Shown here: piece by piece, positions 48,599 through 56,942 of the stretch
How positions within the stretch are numbered: position 1 is the first letter of the stretch
How the letters are laid out: each line of letters begins with the position of its first letter
DNA from: Candidatus Omnitrophota bacterium
GTDB lineage: Bacteria; Omnitrophota; Gorgyraeia; Zapsychrales; Zapsychraceae
DNA length: 64,000 nt
NCBI GenBank assembly: GCA_029261055.1
Contig: JAJDCA010000044.1
Location: 13,867-77,866, forward strand
Reading direction: 5' to 3'
Program-made: the position numbers and the translations under genes
Notes under the pieces: model-generated
Database searches by the model: none
Told to the model about the DNA's origin: nothing
The model's input: the letters and a program-made list of their open reading frames with translations, nothing else

Positions 48599-50121
48599 TT
48601 ATGTCGGGTTTACCAAAGTGGTTATTTTTTACAAGTATTGCGCTTGTGTTGATGATTTCATTTATCCTGGTAGAGTGGTTAAACCGATCCAATCGTAAGG
48701 CCAAGCCCTATCCTAAGTTTAACATTCTTTCCATTCCCGGCGTCAAGGCTTGTGTGAAGGCCCCATTTTTTAAATTCCTTTTTCAATTTCCTGTATTTTT
48801 AATTTTCTGCCTTATTATTTATGCCGGTATTTACGGACATGCCGTGATTAATATTGCCCCTGTATTGACTTGGACCATATGGTGGGCAGGACTCATTTTT
48901 CTAATTTTATTTTTTGGTAAGGCCTGGTGTTTTGTGTGTCCCTGGGATTTTGTCGCGACTCTTTTTCAATATTTAAAACCATTCGGTGTCAGCAAAAAAC
49001 CTTTTACATTGGGATATAAATGGCCAAGGTGGCTGAAGAATATTTATTTGGCTATTGGATTATTCGTTCTCTTAACATGGTTTGAGCTAGGATATCATGT
49101 GACGGCCTCACCACGCTTTACAGCAATATTAGCGATTGTCATTGTTTTTCTCTCCGTCATTCCGGCTTTAATTTTCGAAAAACGTTCTTTTTGTAAATAC
49201 GGGTGCCTCATTGGACGCATTTCAGGATTGTATGCCATGTTTTCACCTGTGGAAGTGCGCAGTGCAGACTTGGATGTATGTACAAAATGCAAGACAAAAG
49301 ATTGTTATACCGGAAATGATAAAGGTAATGCTTGCCCAACATCACTTGTGATTCCTCAAATCAAAGAAAATACCTATTGTATTTTATGTACAGAATGTGT
49401 CAAAAGTTGTCCGCACGATAATGTCGCCATTAATGTACGCCCCTTTGCAACGGATTTGAAAAATTTTACAAAAGTAAAAAGTGATGAAGCCATACTGGCC
49501 ATTATTCTTTTGGCCTTAACATCCTTTCATGGACTCACCATGACCCCACTGTGGGATTCACCGACAGGTAATTCAATAATCCATTCTATACGTTCCATCA
49601 CAGGATTTGGACCATTAGGGGCCTTTACATTAGGCATGTTTTGTGTGAATGCAGCGTTAGGTTTATTTTATTATCTAATCGCCTTAATTACACAACGATT
49701 TGTCGGAGAGCCGCAGGTTTCAACTAAAAAAGTTTTTTTGTATTACGCCTATTCTTTGCTACCCATTGCTTTGTTTTATCACTTAGCGCATAATGCCATG
49801 CATGTATTCATGGAGGGGCAAGTTGTCGTCCCCTTAATTTCGGATCCATTAGGGCAGGGTAATAATTTCTTTGGCACGGCGCAATGGTATTTGGCACCGC
49901 TGTTATCACACAGCAGCATTTGGTATCTGCAGGTGGGACTTGTCCTCATCGGACATATTTTTGGTATTATTATCGCGCATCATGTTTCACGAAAACTTTA
50001 TTCTGATCGCAGGGCCGCCATACGATCATTAGTTCCTATGCTCATCGGCATGATTTTTTACTCATTTCTTTCCTTATGGATTATGCATTTGGATATGAAT
50101 ATGCGGAGTAGTTTGATGTGA
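48595..50121 (+). CDS. Second NapH/MauN-family membrane polyferredoxin with extra C-terminal His-rich TM helices
   Basis: CFVCPWD and CKYGCLIG CxxCP-type motifs in TM context. Ferredoxin box CILCTECVKSCP. The C-terminal ~200 aa have 4 additional TM helices carrying conserved His (HLAHNAMH, GHIFGIIIAHH). Confidence 0.7.
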   Translation: MIMSGLPKWLFFTSIALVLMISFILVEWLNRSNRKAKPYPKFNILSIPGVKACVKAPFFKFLFQFPVFLIFCLIIYAGIYGHAVINIAPVLTWTIWWAGLIFLILFFGKAWCFVCPWDFVATLFQYLKPFGVSKKPFTLGYKWPRWLKNIYLAIGLFVLLTWFELGYHVTASPRFTAILAIVIVFLSVIPALIFEKRSFCKYGCLIGRISGLYAMFSPVEVRSADLDVCTKCKTKDCYTGNDKGNACPTSLVIPQIKENTYCILCTECVKSCPHDNVAINVRPFATDLKNFTKVKSDEAILAIILLALTSFHGLTMTPLWDSPTGNSIIHSIRSITGFGPLGAFTLGMFCVNAALGLFYYLIALITQRFVGEPQVSTKKVFLYYAYSLLPIALFYHLAHNAMHVFMEGQVVVPLISDPLGQGNNFFGTAQWYLAPLLSHSSIWYLQVGLVLIGHIFGIIIAHHVSRKLYSDRRAAIRSLVPMLIGMIFYSFLSLWIMHLDMNMRSSLM

Positions 50122-50705
50122 CCAAAGAAAACCTTTCCCGACGAGATTTTTTTAAAAAAGGATTAAAGTCGTTGGCTCAAGGCGCCAAGGAAACCGCCAC
50201 GATTTTATATTCATCGGAAGAACCCATTACGCCCAGCCGAACTCTTGTACGCCCTCCCGGAGCATTACCTGAAAAAGAATTTCTTGAAAAATGCACACGA
50301 TGTAATGAATGTGTGAAAGTCTGTCCTGAAGAATCCATTATGAAATTTGTCGGCGAAGAATCGCCCCTGCATTTAACACCCATGCTTTCCGTGCGTAAAT
50401 CACCGTGTGTGCTTTGTGAAGATTTTCCGTGTATCAAAGTATGCGAACCCGAAGCCTTAGTGATGCCGGCTGCACGTGAAGAAGTAAAAATGGGCATAGC
50501 GGTGATTAATGAAAAACTTTGTTATGCCTGGCAAGGGGGCCAAGATTGTGATTACTGTATTAAAGAATGCCCCATAGGAGAAAAAGCTATTTATTTTGAT
50601 GAAGTACGCCGGCCGCATGTATCGTCGGAACATTGTACTGGCTGCGGATGCTGTGAATATATTTGTCCCAGTCGTCAACCGGCGATTGTTGTCGGCACGC
50701 GTTAA
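50118..50705 (+). CDS. Second NapG/MauM-like periplasmic 4x[4Fe-4S] ferredoxin, TAT-exported
   Basis: SRRDFFKKGLKSLA TAT signal. Boxes CTRCNECVKVCP, CVLCEDFPCIKVC, CDYCIKECP, CTGCGCCEYICP. Confidence 0.75.
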   Translation: MTKENLSRRDFFKKGLKSLAQGAKETATILYSSEEPITPSRTLVRPPGALPEKEFLEKCTRCNECVKVCPEESIMKFVGEESPLHLTPMLSVRKSPCVLCEDFPCIKVCEPEALVMPAAREEVKMGIAVINEKLCYAWQGGQDCDYCIKECPIGEKAIYFDEVRRPHVSSEHCTGCGCCEYICPSRQPAIVVGTR

Positions 50706-50789
50706 AAAATTTATTATATTTTTCTTGTATTGCTATAAAACTATGGCACCATACGAATATTCAATTAACTAATATCCAATCAAGGGTAT

Positions 50790-50880
50790 GAACCTCAGGG
50801 CAAGCCCTGGACCCTATCAGTCGCAGCGAGCTGCGGGGTATTAAACCCGTTTGGAATTTCGTTAAAGCATCGAAATTCCT
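50790..50880 (+). other. GC-rich structured intergenic segment (three consecutive short palindromes), candidate cis-regulatory RNA or small RNA
   Basis: CAGGGCAAGCCCTG (50796-50809), CGCAGCGAGCTGCG (50822-50835), and GGAATTTCG-N9-CGAAATTCC (50853-50879). Lies between the second napG-like gene and the OMP gene. Confidence 0.35.
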
Positions 50881-50917
50881 CAATAAATTTTAAACCTTGA
50901 AAAGGGGAGGGAATTAG

Positions 50918-52147
50918 ATGAAACGTTTAATAGCTTTACTGCTTTTAACATTAATTTTTTGCATAAGTGAAGGGTATGCAGCGGAGTCTCTTAAAGAGGT
51001 TTTTACAGAAGGAACGCCTTATATTGATATTCGATTGCGCTATGAACATGTCGAACAAGATGGTTTGATAAATGCAAATTCAAAAACAGCGCGAACACGT
51101 TTAGGTTTTAAATCCGATAAGTTTTATAATTTTGTTGGTGTTATTGAAGGAGAAGGTGTTTTTTATTTAGGAAATGATGATTATAACGACACGGTTAATG
51201 GTCGTACTGATCATGCCACGGTCGCTGATCCTGAGAATGTACAAGTCAATCAAGCTTATGGAGAATATACAGGAATTCCTGATACAGCGATCAAAGCAGG
51301 TCGGCAGGTTATTACGCTGGATGGCCACCGTTTTATTGGCCATGTTGGATGGCGACAAAATAATCAGGTCTTTGATGCCGCGATGATCACGAACTCGTCT
51401 ATTCCAGACACAACAGCAAAATATGGTTATATCTATAATGTAAACCGTATTTTTGGTGAACAATCCACGGGAGGCGACTGGGGTTCCAAAAGTCATTTCT
51501 ACCATATTGCCAACACAAGTCTACCCTTTGCTAAAGTTGCCGCGCATGGATACATTCTTGATTTTGGGAGTGATTCCGCCGCAAATTCTAACAAAACATT
51601 TGCTGTTAATTTTTCAGGAAAAAAAGAATTAAATGATGATTTTACTTTTAAATATTATGGCGAATATGCCCATCAAACTGATAATGCAGATAACACAACT
51701 GATTATGATGCGAGTTATTACCATATAGCTCCAGCCATCGCCTGGAAAAGTCTAACAGCAACAGTAGGTTTTGAAGTCTTAGGCAGTGATGATGGTAAAT
51801 TTGCTTTTAGGACACCTTTAGCGACTCTGCATAAATGGAATGGTTGGTCAGATAAATTTTTAACAACACCGGCTAACGGGCTTCAAGATTTTTATGTTGA
51901 TTTAACCTATAAAGTAAAAGATTTAGATGGAAATTTAGAATTTCTTAATGGATTGTTAGCTAAGGTTCAATACCATGATTTTGATGCAGATAATGGAGGT
52001 TTGGATCATGGAAAAGAATTCGGCGTATTTCTTAAAAAACCCATTAATAAGAACCTTGTTGTCAGCACAAAATATTCAAATTATATGGCTGATAAGACAT
52101 CAACTGATACACAAAAAATAACTTTTGATATTGGTATTAAATTTTAA
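50918..52147 (+). CDS. Outer-membrane beta-barrel protein (putative porin), paralogue of the ORF at 32838
   Basis: Signal peptide (LLLLTLIFCISEGYAAE). IRLRYEH motif near the N-terminus shared with ORF 32838. C-terminal ...GIKF aromatic terminus. Confidence 0.6.
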   Translation: MKRLIALLLLTLIFCISEGYAAESLKEVFTEGTPYIDIRLRYEHVEQDGLINANSKTARTRLGFKSDKFYNFVGVIEGEGVFYLGNDDYNDTVNGRTDHATVADPENVQVNQAYGEYTGIPDTAIKAGRQVITLDGHRFIGHVGWRQNNQVFDAAMITNSSIPDTTAKYGYIYNVNRIFGEQSTGGDWGSKSHFYHIANTSLPFAKVAAHGYILDFGSDSAANSNKTFAVNFSGKKELNDDFTFKYYGEYAHQTDNADNTTDYDASYYHIAPAIAWKSLTATVGFEVLGSDDGKFAFRTPLATLHKWNGWSDKFLTTPANGLQDFYVDLTYKVKDLDGNLEFLNGLLAKVQYHDFDADNGGLDHGKEFGVFLKKPINKNLVVSTKYSNYMADKTSTDTQKITFDIGIKF

Positions 52148-52238
52148 TGGTGGAAACGCTCCATCTAAAGTATAGTATTCGCAATACAAATCAAAACTTT
52201 TTCAAACTTTAACTTGAGACGAGAGGGGTTCTCTCAAA

Positions 52239-52487
52239 ATGTCTAAATTTGTTGTGCGAATACTATATTACGCTATTTTAAAAGAAAAACGGGGATTATC
52301 GGAAGAAAGCATTAACACTCAAGCAGTTACTGCGTTAGATCTTTATCAAGAACTCAAAGATCGACATTCGTTTGATTTATCCTCCAAATCATTAAAAGTA
52401 GCGATCAATGATGAATTTACCTCTTGGGATACGCGTTTACAGGCAGAGGATACTGTCATTTTCATCCCGCCGGTAGCTGGAGGCTAG
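52239..52487 (+). CDS. moaD: MoaD/ThiS-family sulfur-carrier protein (molybdopterin synthase small subunit)
   Basis: 82 aa ending in ...PPVAGG (C-terminal Gly-Gly), the hallmark of MoaD/ThiS. Confidence 0.65.
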   Translation: MSKFVVRILYYAILKEKRGLSEESINTQAVTALDLYQELKDRHSFDLSSKSLKVAINDEFTSWDTRLQAEDTVIFIPPVAGG

Positions 52488-52493
52488 CACTTC

Positions 52494-53159
52494 ATGTTCA
52501 ATCTCAAAAGTTTACTTAGGAAACCCTGTATGCGTAAATTTATTTTTATTTCTTTAATACTAGTTCTATCAACTTCTTTTGCACAGGCTCAAACCGAGCC
52601 AGGCTTATCTGTAGGGGCTGAAGCTCCTAATTTTGAAACAGTGAATTTTAAGGGCGATCCTATTCAACTGGATGATATTACCCAGAAAGGGCCGGTTGTT
52701 TTACTTTTTTATCGAGGGAGTTGGTGCCGATTTTGTAATCTTCAACTTCAAGCCTTTCAATCCCGTTTAACGGATTTTGAAAAACGAGGTGTTTCAATTA
52801 TTGCGATCAGCGTTGATAAACCCGAAAAATCAGCAGAAATGGTGCAAACTAAAGAATTTGGTTTTGAAGTTATAAGTAATCCTGAAGCAGATTTATTAGA
52901 ACAATATGCTGTCATGTTTCATGTTCCTGAAAAAACCGCCAAGATGTACAAAGAAAAATACCATATTGACCTCGTGGCTGCATCGGGACGCACGGATTAT
53001 TTGATTGCCGTTCCAGCTGTTTATGTCGTTGATCAAACGGGGACCATTGTTTTTGCCTATGCTAATGAAGACTACAAAGTCCGTAAGAGTCCTGATGAAA
53101 TTCTTGAAGTGCTAGATAATTTAAGTCTGGCTAACGCTTGGCAAAAGTTGCATGAATAA
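52494..53159 (+). CDS. Secreted thioredoxin-fold redoxin (AhpC/TSA - TlpA-like family)
   Basis: Signal peptide. The WCRFC CxxC motif follows a GPVVLLFYRGSW beta-strand typical of peroxiredoxin/TlpA proteins. Confidence 0.65.
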   Translation: MFNLKSLLRKPCMRKFIFISLILVLSTSFAQAQTEPGLSVGAEAPNFETVNFKGDPIQLDDITQKGPVVLLFYRGSWCRFCNLQLQAFQSRLTDFEKRGVSIIAISVDKPEKSAEMVQTKEFGFEVISNPEADLLEQYAVMFHVPEKTAKMYKEKYHIDLVAASGRTDYLIAVPAVYVVDQTGTIVFAYANEDYKVRKSPDEILEVLDNLSLANAWQKLHE

Positions 53160-55113
53160 AGAATTTGAGATCCTTTCCAATCTAAATCCCCAACAGTCCG
53201 AAGCTGTGCGTTATGCCGGTGGACCTTTGCTTGTTTTGGCTGGAGCCGGTTCCGGCAAAACACGGATTATTACTTCGCGTATTGTCCACATGATCAATCA
53301 AGGTGTTTCTCCGTCAGCCATTTTAGCCGTGACTTTTACGAATAAAGCGGCTAGTGAAATGAAATCACGTGTTTTTGAACATGTTCAATCCCCCGTGTCC
53401 ATCGGTACATTCCATTCGATTTGTCTAAGAATTTTGCGCAGAAATGCGGAGAGTATTTCACGAAAATCAGATTTTACGATTTACGACGACCAAGATCAAC
53501 TTGCTGTAATCAAAACATGCATGAAAGAATTAAACATAAATCCAAAGGAGGTTCATCCAAAACACATTCGTGAAGGCATCAGCCGCTGCAAAGATCAACT
53601 ACAATTTGCTGGGGATCTGGAAGACAAATACGTGGAATATGCAGATCAAATGCTGAATACAATTTATAAATTGTATGAAGAAAAACTCCAAAAATTTAAT
53701 GGATTAGATTTCGGTGACCTCATAGCTAAAACCGTCCGTTTATTTTCTCGCCGGTCAGATATTTTGGAATACTATCAAAAACGATTTCGGTATATTCTCA
53801 TTGATGAGTATCAAGATACAAATTATGCGCAGTATATGTGGATAAAACTATTGGCACAAAAGTACAATGATATCACGGTTGTAGGCGATCCTGATCAATC
53901 CATTTATGAATGGAGGGGAGCTGATGTCGAAAATATTATGAAATTTGAGTCAGAATTTAAAGGGACAAAAACAATCCGTCTCGAACAAAATTACCGTTCT
54001 ACGAATACTATCCTGAAGGCGGCGAATGCCGTTATTTCCAATAATTTCCACCGACAACCCAAAGAACTTTGGTCCGATAAAGGTGATGGCCATTTGGTTG
54101 AAGTGTGTGATCATGAAGATGAACGGGAAGAGGCTCAGTATTTTGTGCAACAAACTTTAAAATTAAGAAAACAAGGCCATGCCCTAAACGATATGGCATG
54201 TTTTTACCGGACGCATGCACAATCGCGCGTATTTGAAGAAGAGCTTATGCGACAGAATATTCCCTACAAAATCGTCGGCGGCGTCAAATTTTATGCCCGT
54301 CGTGAAATTAAAGACTTAATGGCTTACTTGCGCGTTGTTCATAACCCTGATGATGAGGTGAGTGTTTTAAGGATTATTAATATCCCAAAACGCGGCATTG
54401 GTAAAACTTCCCTGGAGAAGATTAGTAAAGTTAGTCGCGATCAAAACATATCCTTTTTTACAGCTATGACGTATTACATGGAAACAGCTAAAGTTTCAAC
54501 AAAATTAAGAAATGGACTGACGCAGTTTGTGCAAATGATTCAAAAATTCCGGCAAGCCACGTATAATATTAACTTAAGCCAGCTATTAACCATGATTATG
54601 GACGAAACAGGATACGTCACTGAACTAAAAAGTGAAAACACTGTAGAAGCCAAAGTCCGCATGGATAATATTCGTGAGTTTCGCGGCGCCATTGTAGAGT
54701 TTCAAGAGTCATTGGATGAAGGCATTACCGGACCCGAAGCCCTGCGCACCTATTTAGAATTGATCAGCCTGCAAACAAGTATTGATAATTGGGATACCAC
54801 CGAACAAGTCTTAACCTTGATGACCTTACACAGTGCCAAAGGATTAGAATTTCCGATCGTTTTCATGCCGGGTATGGAAGAAGGCCTCTTACCGCATATG
54901 AATGCCCTGCAAGCCTCATCCAAAGAAATAGAAGAAGAGCGTCGCTTATGTTATGTCGGTTTCACCCGAGCTCAGGAAAAATTATTCCTCAGCTACGCCA
55001 ATTACCGCACCTTATTTGGCTACGAACGCACCCAAACCCCCTCAAGATTCCTCAACGAAATCCCCGAACATCTCCTCACCTGTGCCATGAATGATTGTGG
55101 TATTGGGCTGTAA
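53152..55113 (+). CDS. uvrD: ATP-dependent DNA helicase, UvrD/PcrA/Rep family (SF1)
   Basis: N-terminal LNPQQSEAVRYAGGPLLVLAGAGSGKT (motifs Q and I) plus downstream SF1 helicase motifs. 653 aa. 8-bp overlap with the redoxin gene. Confidence 0.9.
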   Translation: MNKEFEILSNLNPQQSEAVRYAGGPLLVLAGAGSGKTRIITSRIVHMINQGVSPSAILAVTFTNKAASEMKSRVFEHVQSPVSIGTFHSICLRILRRNAESISRKSDFTIYDDQDQLAVIKTCMKELNINPKEVHPKHIREGISRCKDQLQFAGDLEDKYVEYADQMLNTIYKLYEEKLQKFNGLDFGDLIAKTVRLFSRRSDILEYYQKRFRYILIDEYQDTNYAQYMWIKLLAQKYNDITVVGDPDQSIYEWRGADVENIMKFESEFKGTKTIRLEQNYRSTNTILKAANAVISNNFHRQPKELWSDKGDGHLVEVCDHEDEREEAQYFVQQTLKLRKQGHALNDMACFYRTHAQSRVFEEELMRQNIPYKIVGGVKFYARREIKDLMAYLRVVHNPDDEVSVLRIINIPKRGIGKTSLEKISKVSRDQNISFFTAMTYYMETAKVSTKLRNGLTQFVQMIQKFRQATYNINLSQLLTMIMDETGYVTELKSENTVEAKVRMDNIREFRGAIVEFQESLDEGITGPEALRTYLELISLQTSIDNWDTTEQVLTLMTLHSAKGLEFPIVFMPGMEEGLLPHMNALQASSKEIEEERRLCYVGFTRAQEKLFLSYANYRTLFGYERTQTPSRFLNEIPEHLLTCAMNDCGIGL

Positions 55114-55204
55114 TAGTGCCCATACGGGTGAAGATTTAAGTTTGAATACGTATCACAATAAATATTGTTGAATGGATGAATTAATACCTATTTGAAACTC
55201 TATT

Positions 55205-56194
55205 TTATGAACTTTTTTTCAATCGATGCAGCGTAATTTCTGGGCGGCAGTTGAAGCGGACGCAGAGGCCGGATGTGCCGGCGCCGCGGGAGGTGTAGCC
55301 TTGCAGGGTTTTGTATTGCCATGGGCCGGCGATAAAAGAACTGAACGGTTTGTGCGGAGTATTTTTAATCATGGCGATGCCGCCGGGAAGGCAGACTTGT
55401 CCGCCGTGGGTATGTCCACACAAATATAGAGAAATACCGGCCGCCTCAGCGGATTTGATTAATTCCTGCGAATGCGCCAGAAGGATTTTAATGTCGCAGG
55501 TGTTGATGTCATTCATGGCTTTTAATAAATCTGCCGATTCATAAAAATGCTCGTCATCAACCCCGGCTAATCCAATCGTTGATTCATCTCGCTGAAGGGG
55601 GATAGCTTCATTCACCAGCATCTTCATGCCCGTCGATTCCAATTCCGGCACCATTTCAATAAAATCATGATTACCCAAAATACCGTATACAGGGGCTTTA
55701 AGTTTCAACGTATTCACCAGACGCTTAGTGTAAGCAAAAGATTCATGCGTTTGCCCGTACGTTAAAAAACGAAAGTCCCCCGTAATGACACAGACATCGT
55801 AATTTAATTGACTTACCTTATTGACTAATGCTCGGCCGCAATCAAACATACCATCGATATGCAAATCTGAGAGATGAAGAATAGTAAACCCGTCAAAGGC
55901 GGGAGGCAAGTGCGAGATCGCGACATCGTTTTCCACAATCTCAAAATTAATCGAATTTATAAAACCTCTTCGGAGAAATCGCGTTGTCTTAAGCAAAAAC
56001 TGAAGGAGCGGCACGAGAAAATGCATGTTTTCCCAGTACACATGGAACCCACCACGAAACTGAAAGGCCTGATGCTGTTGCTGTCGTTTTATACGCTTTT
56101 CTAAATGCGCAGCATCAAATCGTTCTTTTAATTGTTTTAAAATGTATTCATCCATAACCACTACAAGTATACCCTTCTTAAAAATAAAATCCAA
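55205..56194 (-). CDS. Calcineurin-like metallophosphoesterase
   Basis: GDxHID (HLSDLHIDG), GDF, GNHD and GHTH motifs in canonical order. Confidence 0.75.
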   Translation of the reverse strand: MDFIFKKGILVVVMDEYILKQLKERFDAAHLEKRIKRQQQHQAFQFRGGFHVYWENMHFLVPLLQFLLKTTRFLRRGFINSINFEIVENDVAISHLPPAFDGFTILHLSDLHIDGMFDCGRALVNKVSQLNYDVCVITGDFRFLTYGQTHESFAYTKRLVNTLKLKAPVYGILGNHDFIEMVPELESTGMKMLVNEAIPLQRDESTIGLAGVDDEHFYESADLLKAMNDINTCDIKILLAHSQELIKSAEAAGISLYLCGHTHGGQVCLPGGIAMIKNTPHKPFSSFIAGPWQYKTLQGYTSRGAGTSGLCVRFNCRPEITLHRLKKSS

Positions 56195-56368
56195 ATTTTT
56201 TATGAATGTTTACAAAACAATTACATAACTATTTGTTATCAAACGAATAAGTAAAAAATATGTAACTATTTATTTACATAATACTTATGCCATAGTACGA
56301 TTAATTTACTTTTTTAAGCCTTCTTTATAAATATAAACTTCGTTAAATATTAGATAGACAACGTTTTA

Positions 56369-56938
56369 ATGAACTCATCAAAAAAATATTACTGGCCAAT
56401 TATCATCGTTTTTGTATTACTGGCATTGAGTTTTGTTCTTGATATGTGGGGAAAACCTATCAAAATTAAACAAAATCCAACCGTTGATTCAAAATTTTTA
56501 TCCCACGATACTGTACGTGATCCGTTAGTCCATGGCGCAAAAATTGAGCAAGCAGGATTTAAATACAATTGTAATGAGTGTCATGCTTATCTACAACCTC
56601 CCGAGACCCCTAAAAAATTAATCGGTGCGCATCAGCACATTGTTCTTAAACATGGTATCAATGATAATTGCTTCAAGTGTCATCATCGTACAAAACGGGA
56701 ATCATTAGTCGACATTTATGGCACAGAAGTGCCGTTTAAACAAAGTGCTCAATTGTGTCAAAAATGCCATGGACCAAAATACCGAGATTGGAAGGCTGGT
56801 GTCCATGGACGGCCAAGTGGCTATTGGGATAAGACTAAAGGGGAGACAATAAAACCGACCTGTGCCGCCTGTCACAATCCTCATGCACCAAAATTTCAAC
56901 CAATTGAGCCGGCACCAGCACCGGCAGGAAATCATTAA
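56369..56938 (+). CDS. Membrane-anchored tetrahaem c-type cytochrome (NrfB/NrfH/NapC-like electron-transfer subunit)
   Basis: N-terminal TM (YWPIIIVFVLLALSFVL). Four CxxCH motifs (CNECHA, CFKCHH, CQKCHG, CAACHN) within 189 aa. Confidence 0.8.
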   Translation: MNSSKKYYWPIIIVFVLLALSFVLDMWGKPIKIKQNPTVDSKFLSHDTVRDPLVHGAKIEQAGFKYNCNECHAYLQPPETPKKLIGAHQHIVLKHGINDNCFKCHHRTKRESLVDIYGTEVPFKQSAQLCQKCHGPKYRDWKAGVHGRPSGYWDKTKGETIKPTCAACHNPHAPKFQPIEPAPAPAGNH

Positions 56939-56942
56939 GAAT

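Noticed and set aside
50790-50880. GC-rich structured segment as a tRNA or tmRNA
   Set aside because: No acceptor stem/T-arm pattern (no GTTCRANYC box) and no anticodon-arm geometry could be drawn. Kept only as a candidate structured RNA.
56195-56368. FNR/CRP-type binding site (TTGAT-N4-ATCAA) in the promoter region of the cytochrome operon
   Set aside because: Only a half-site-like TTGTTATCAA is present, without the 4-bp spacer, which is insufficient to call.
56862-56942. Track ORF start at 56862 for the NrfC-like FeS subunit
   Set aside because: It overlaps the tetrahaem cytochrome gene by 77 bp in another frame. The twin-arginine signal begins right after the internal Met at 56943, which also follows the upstream stop.
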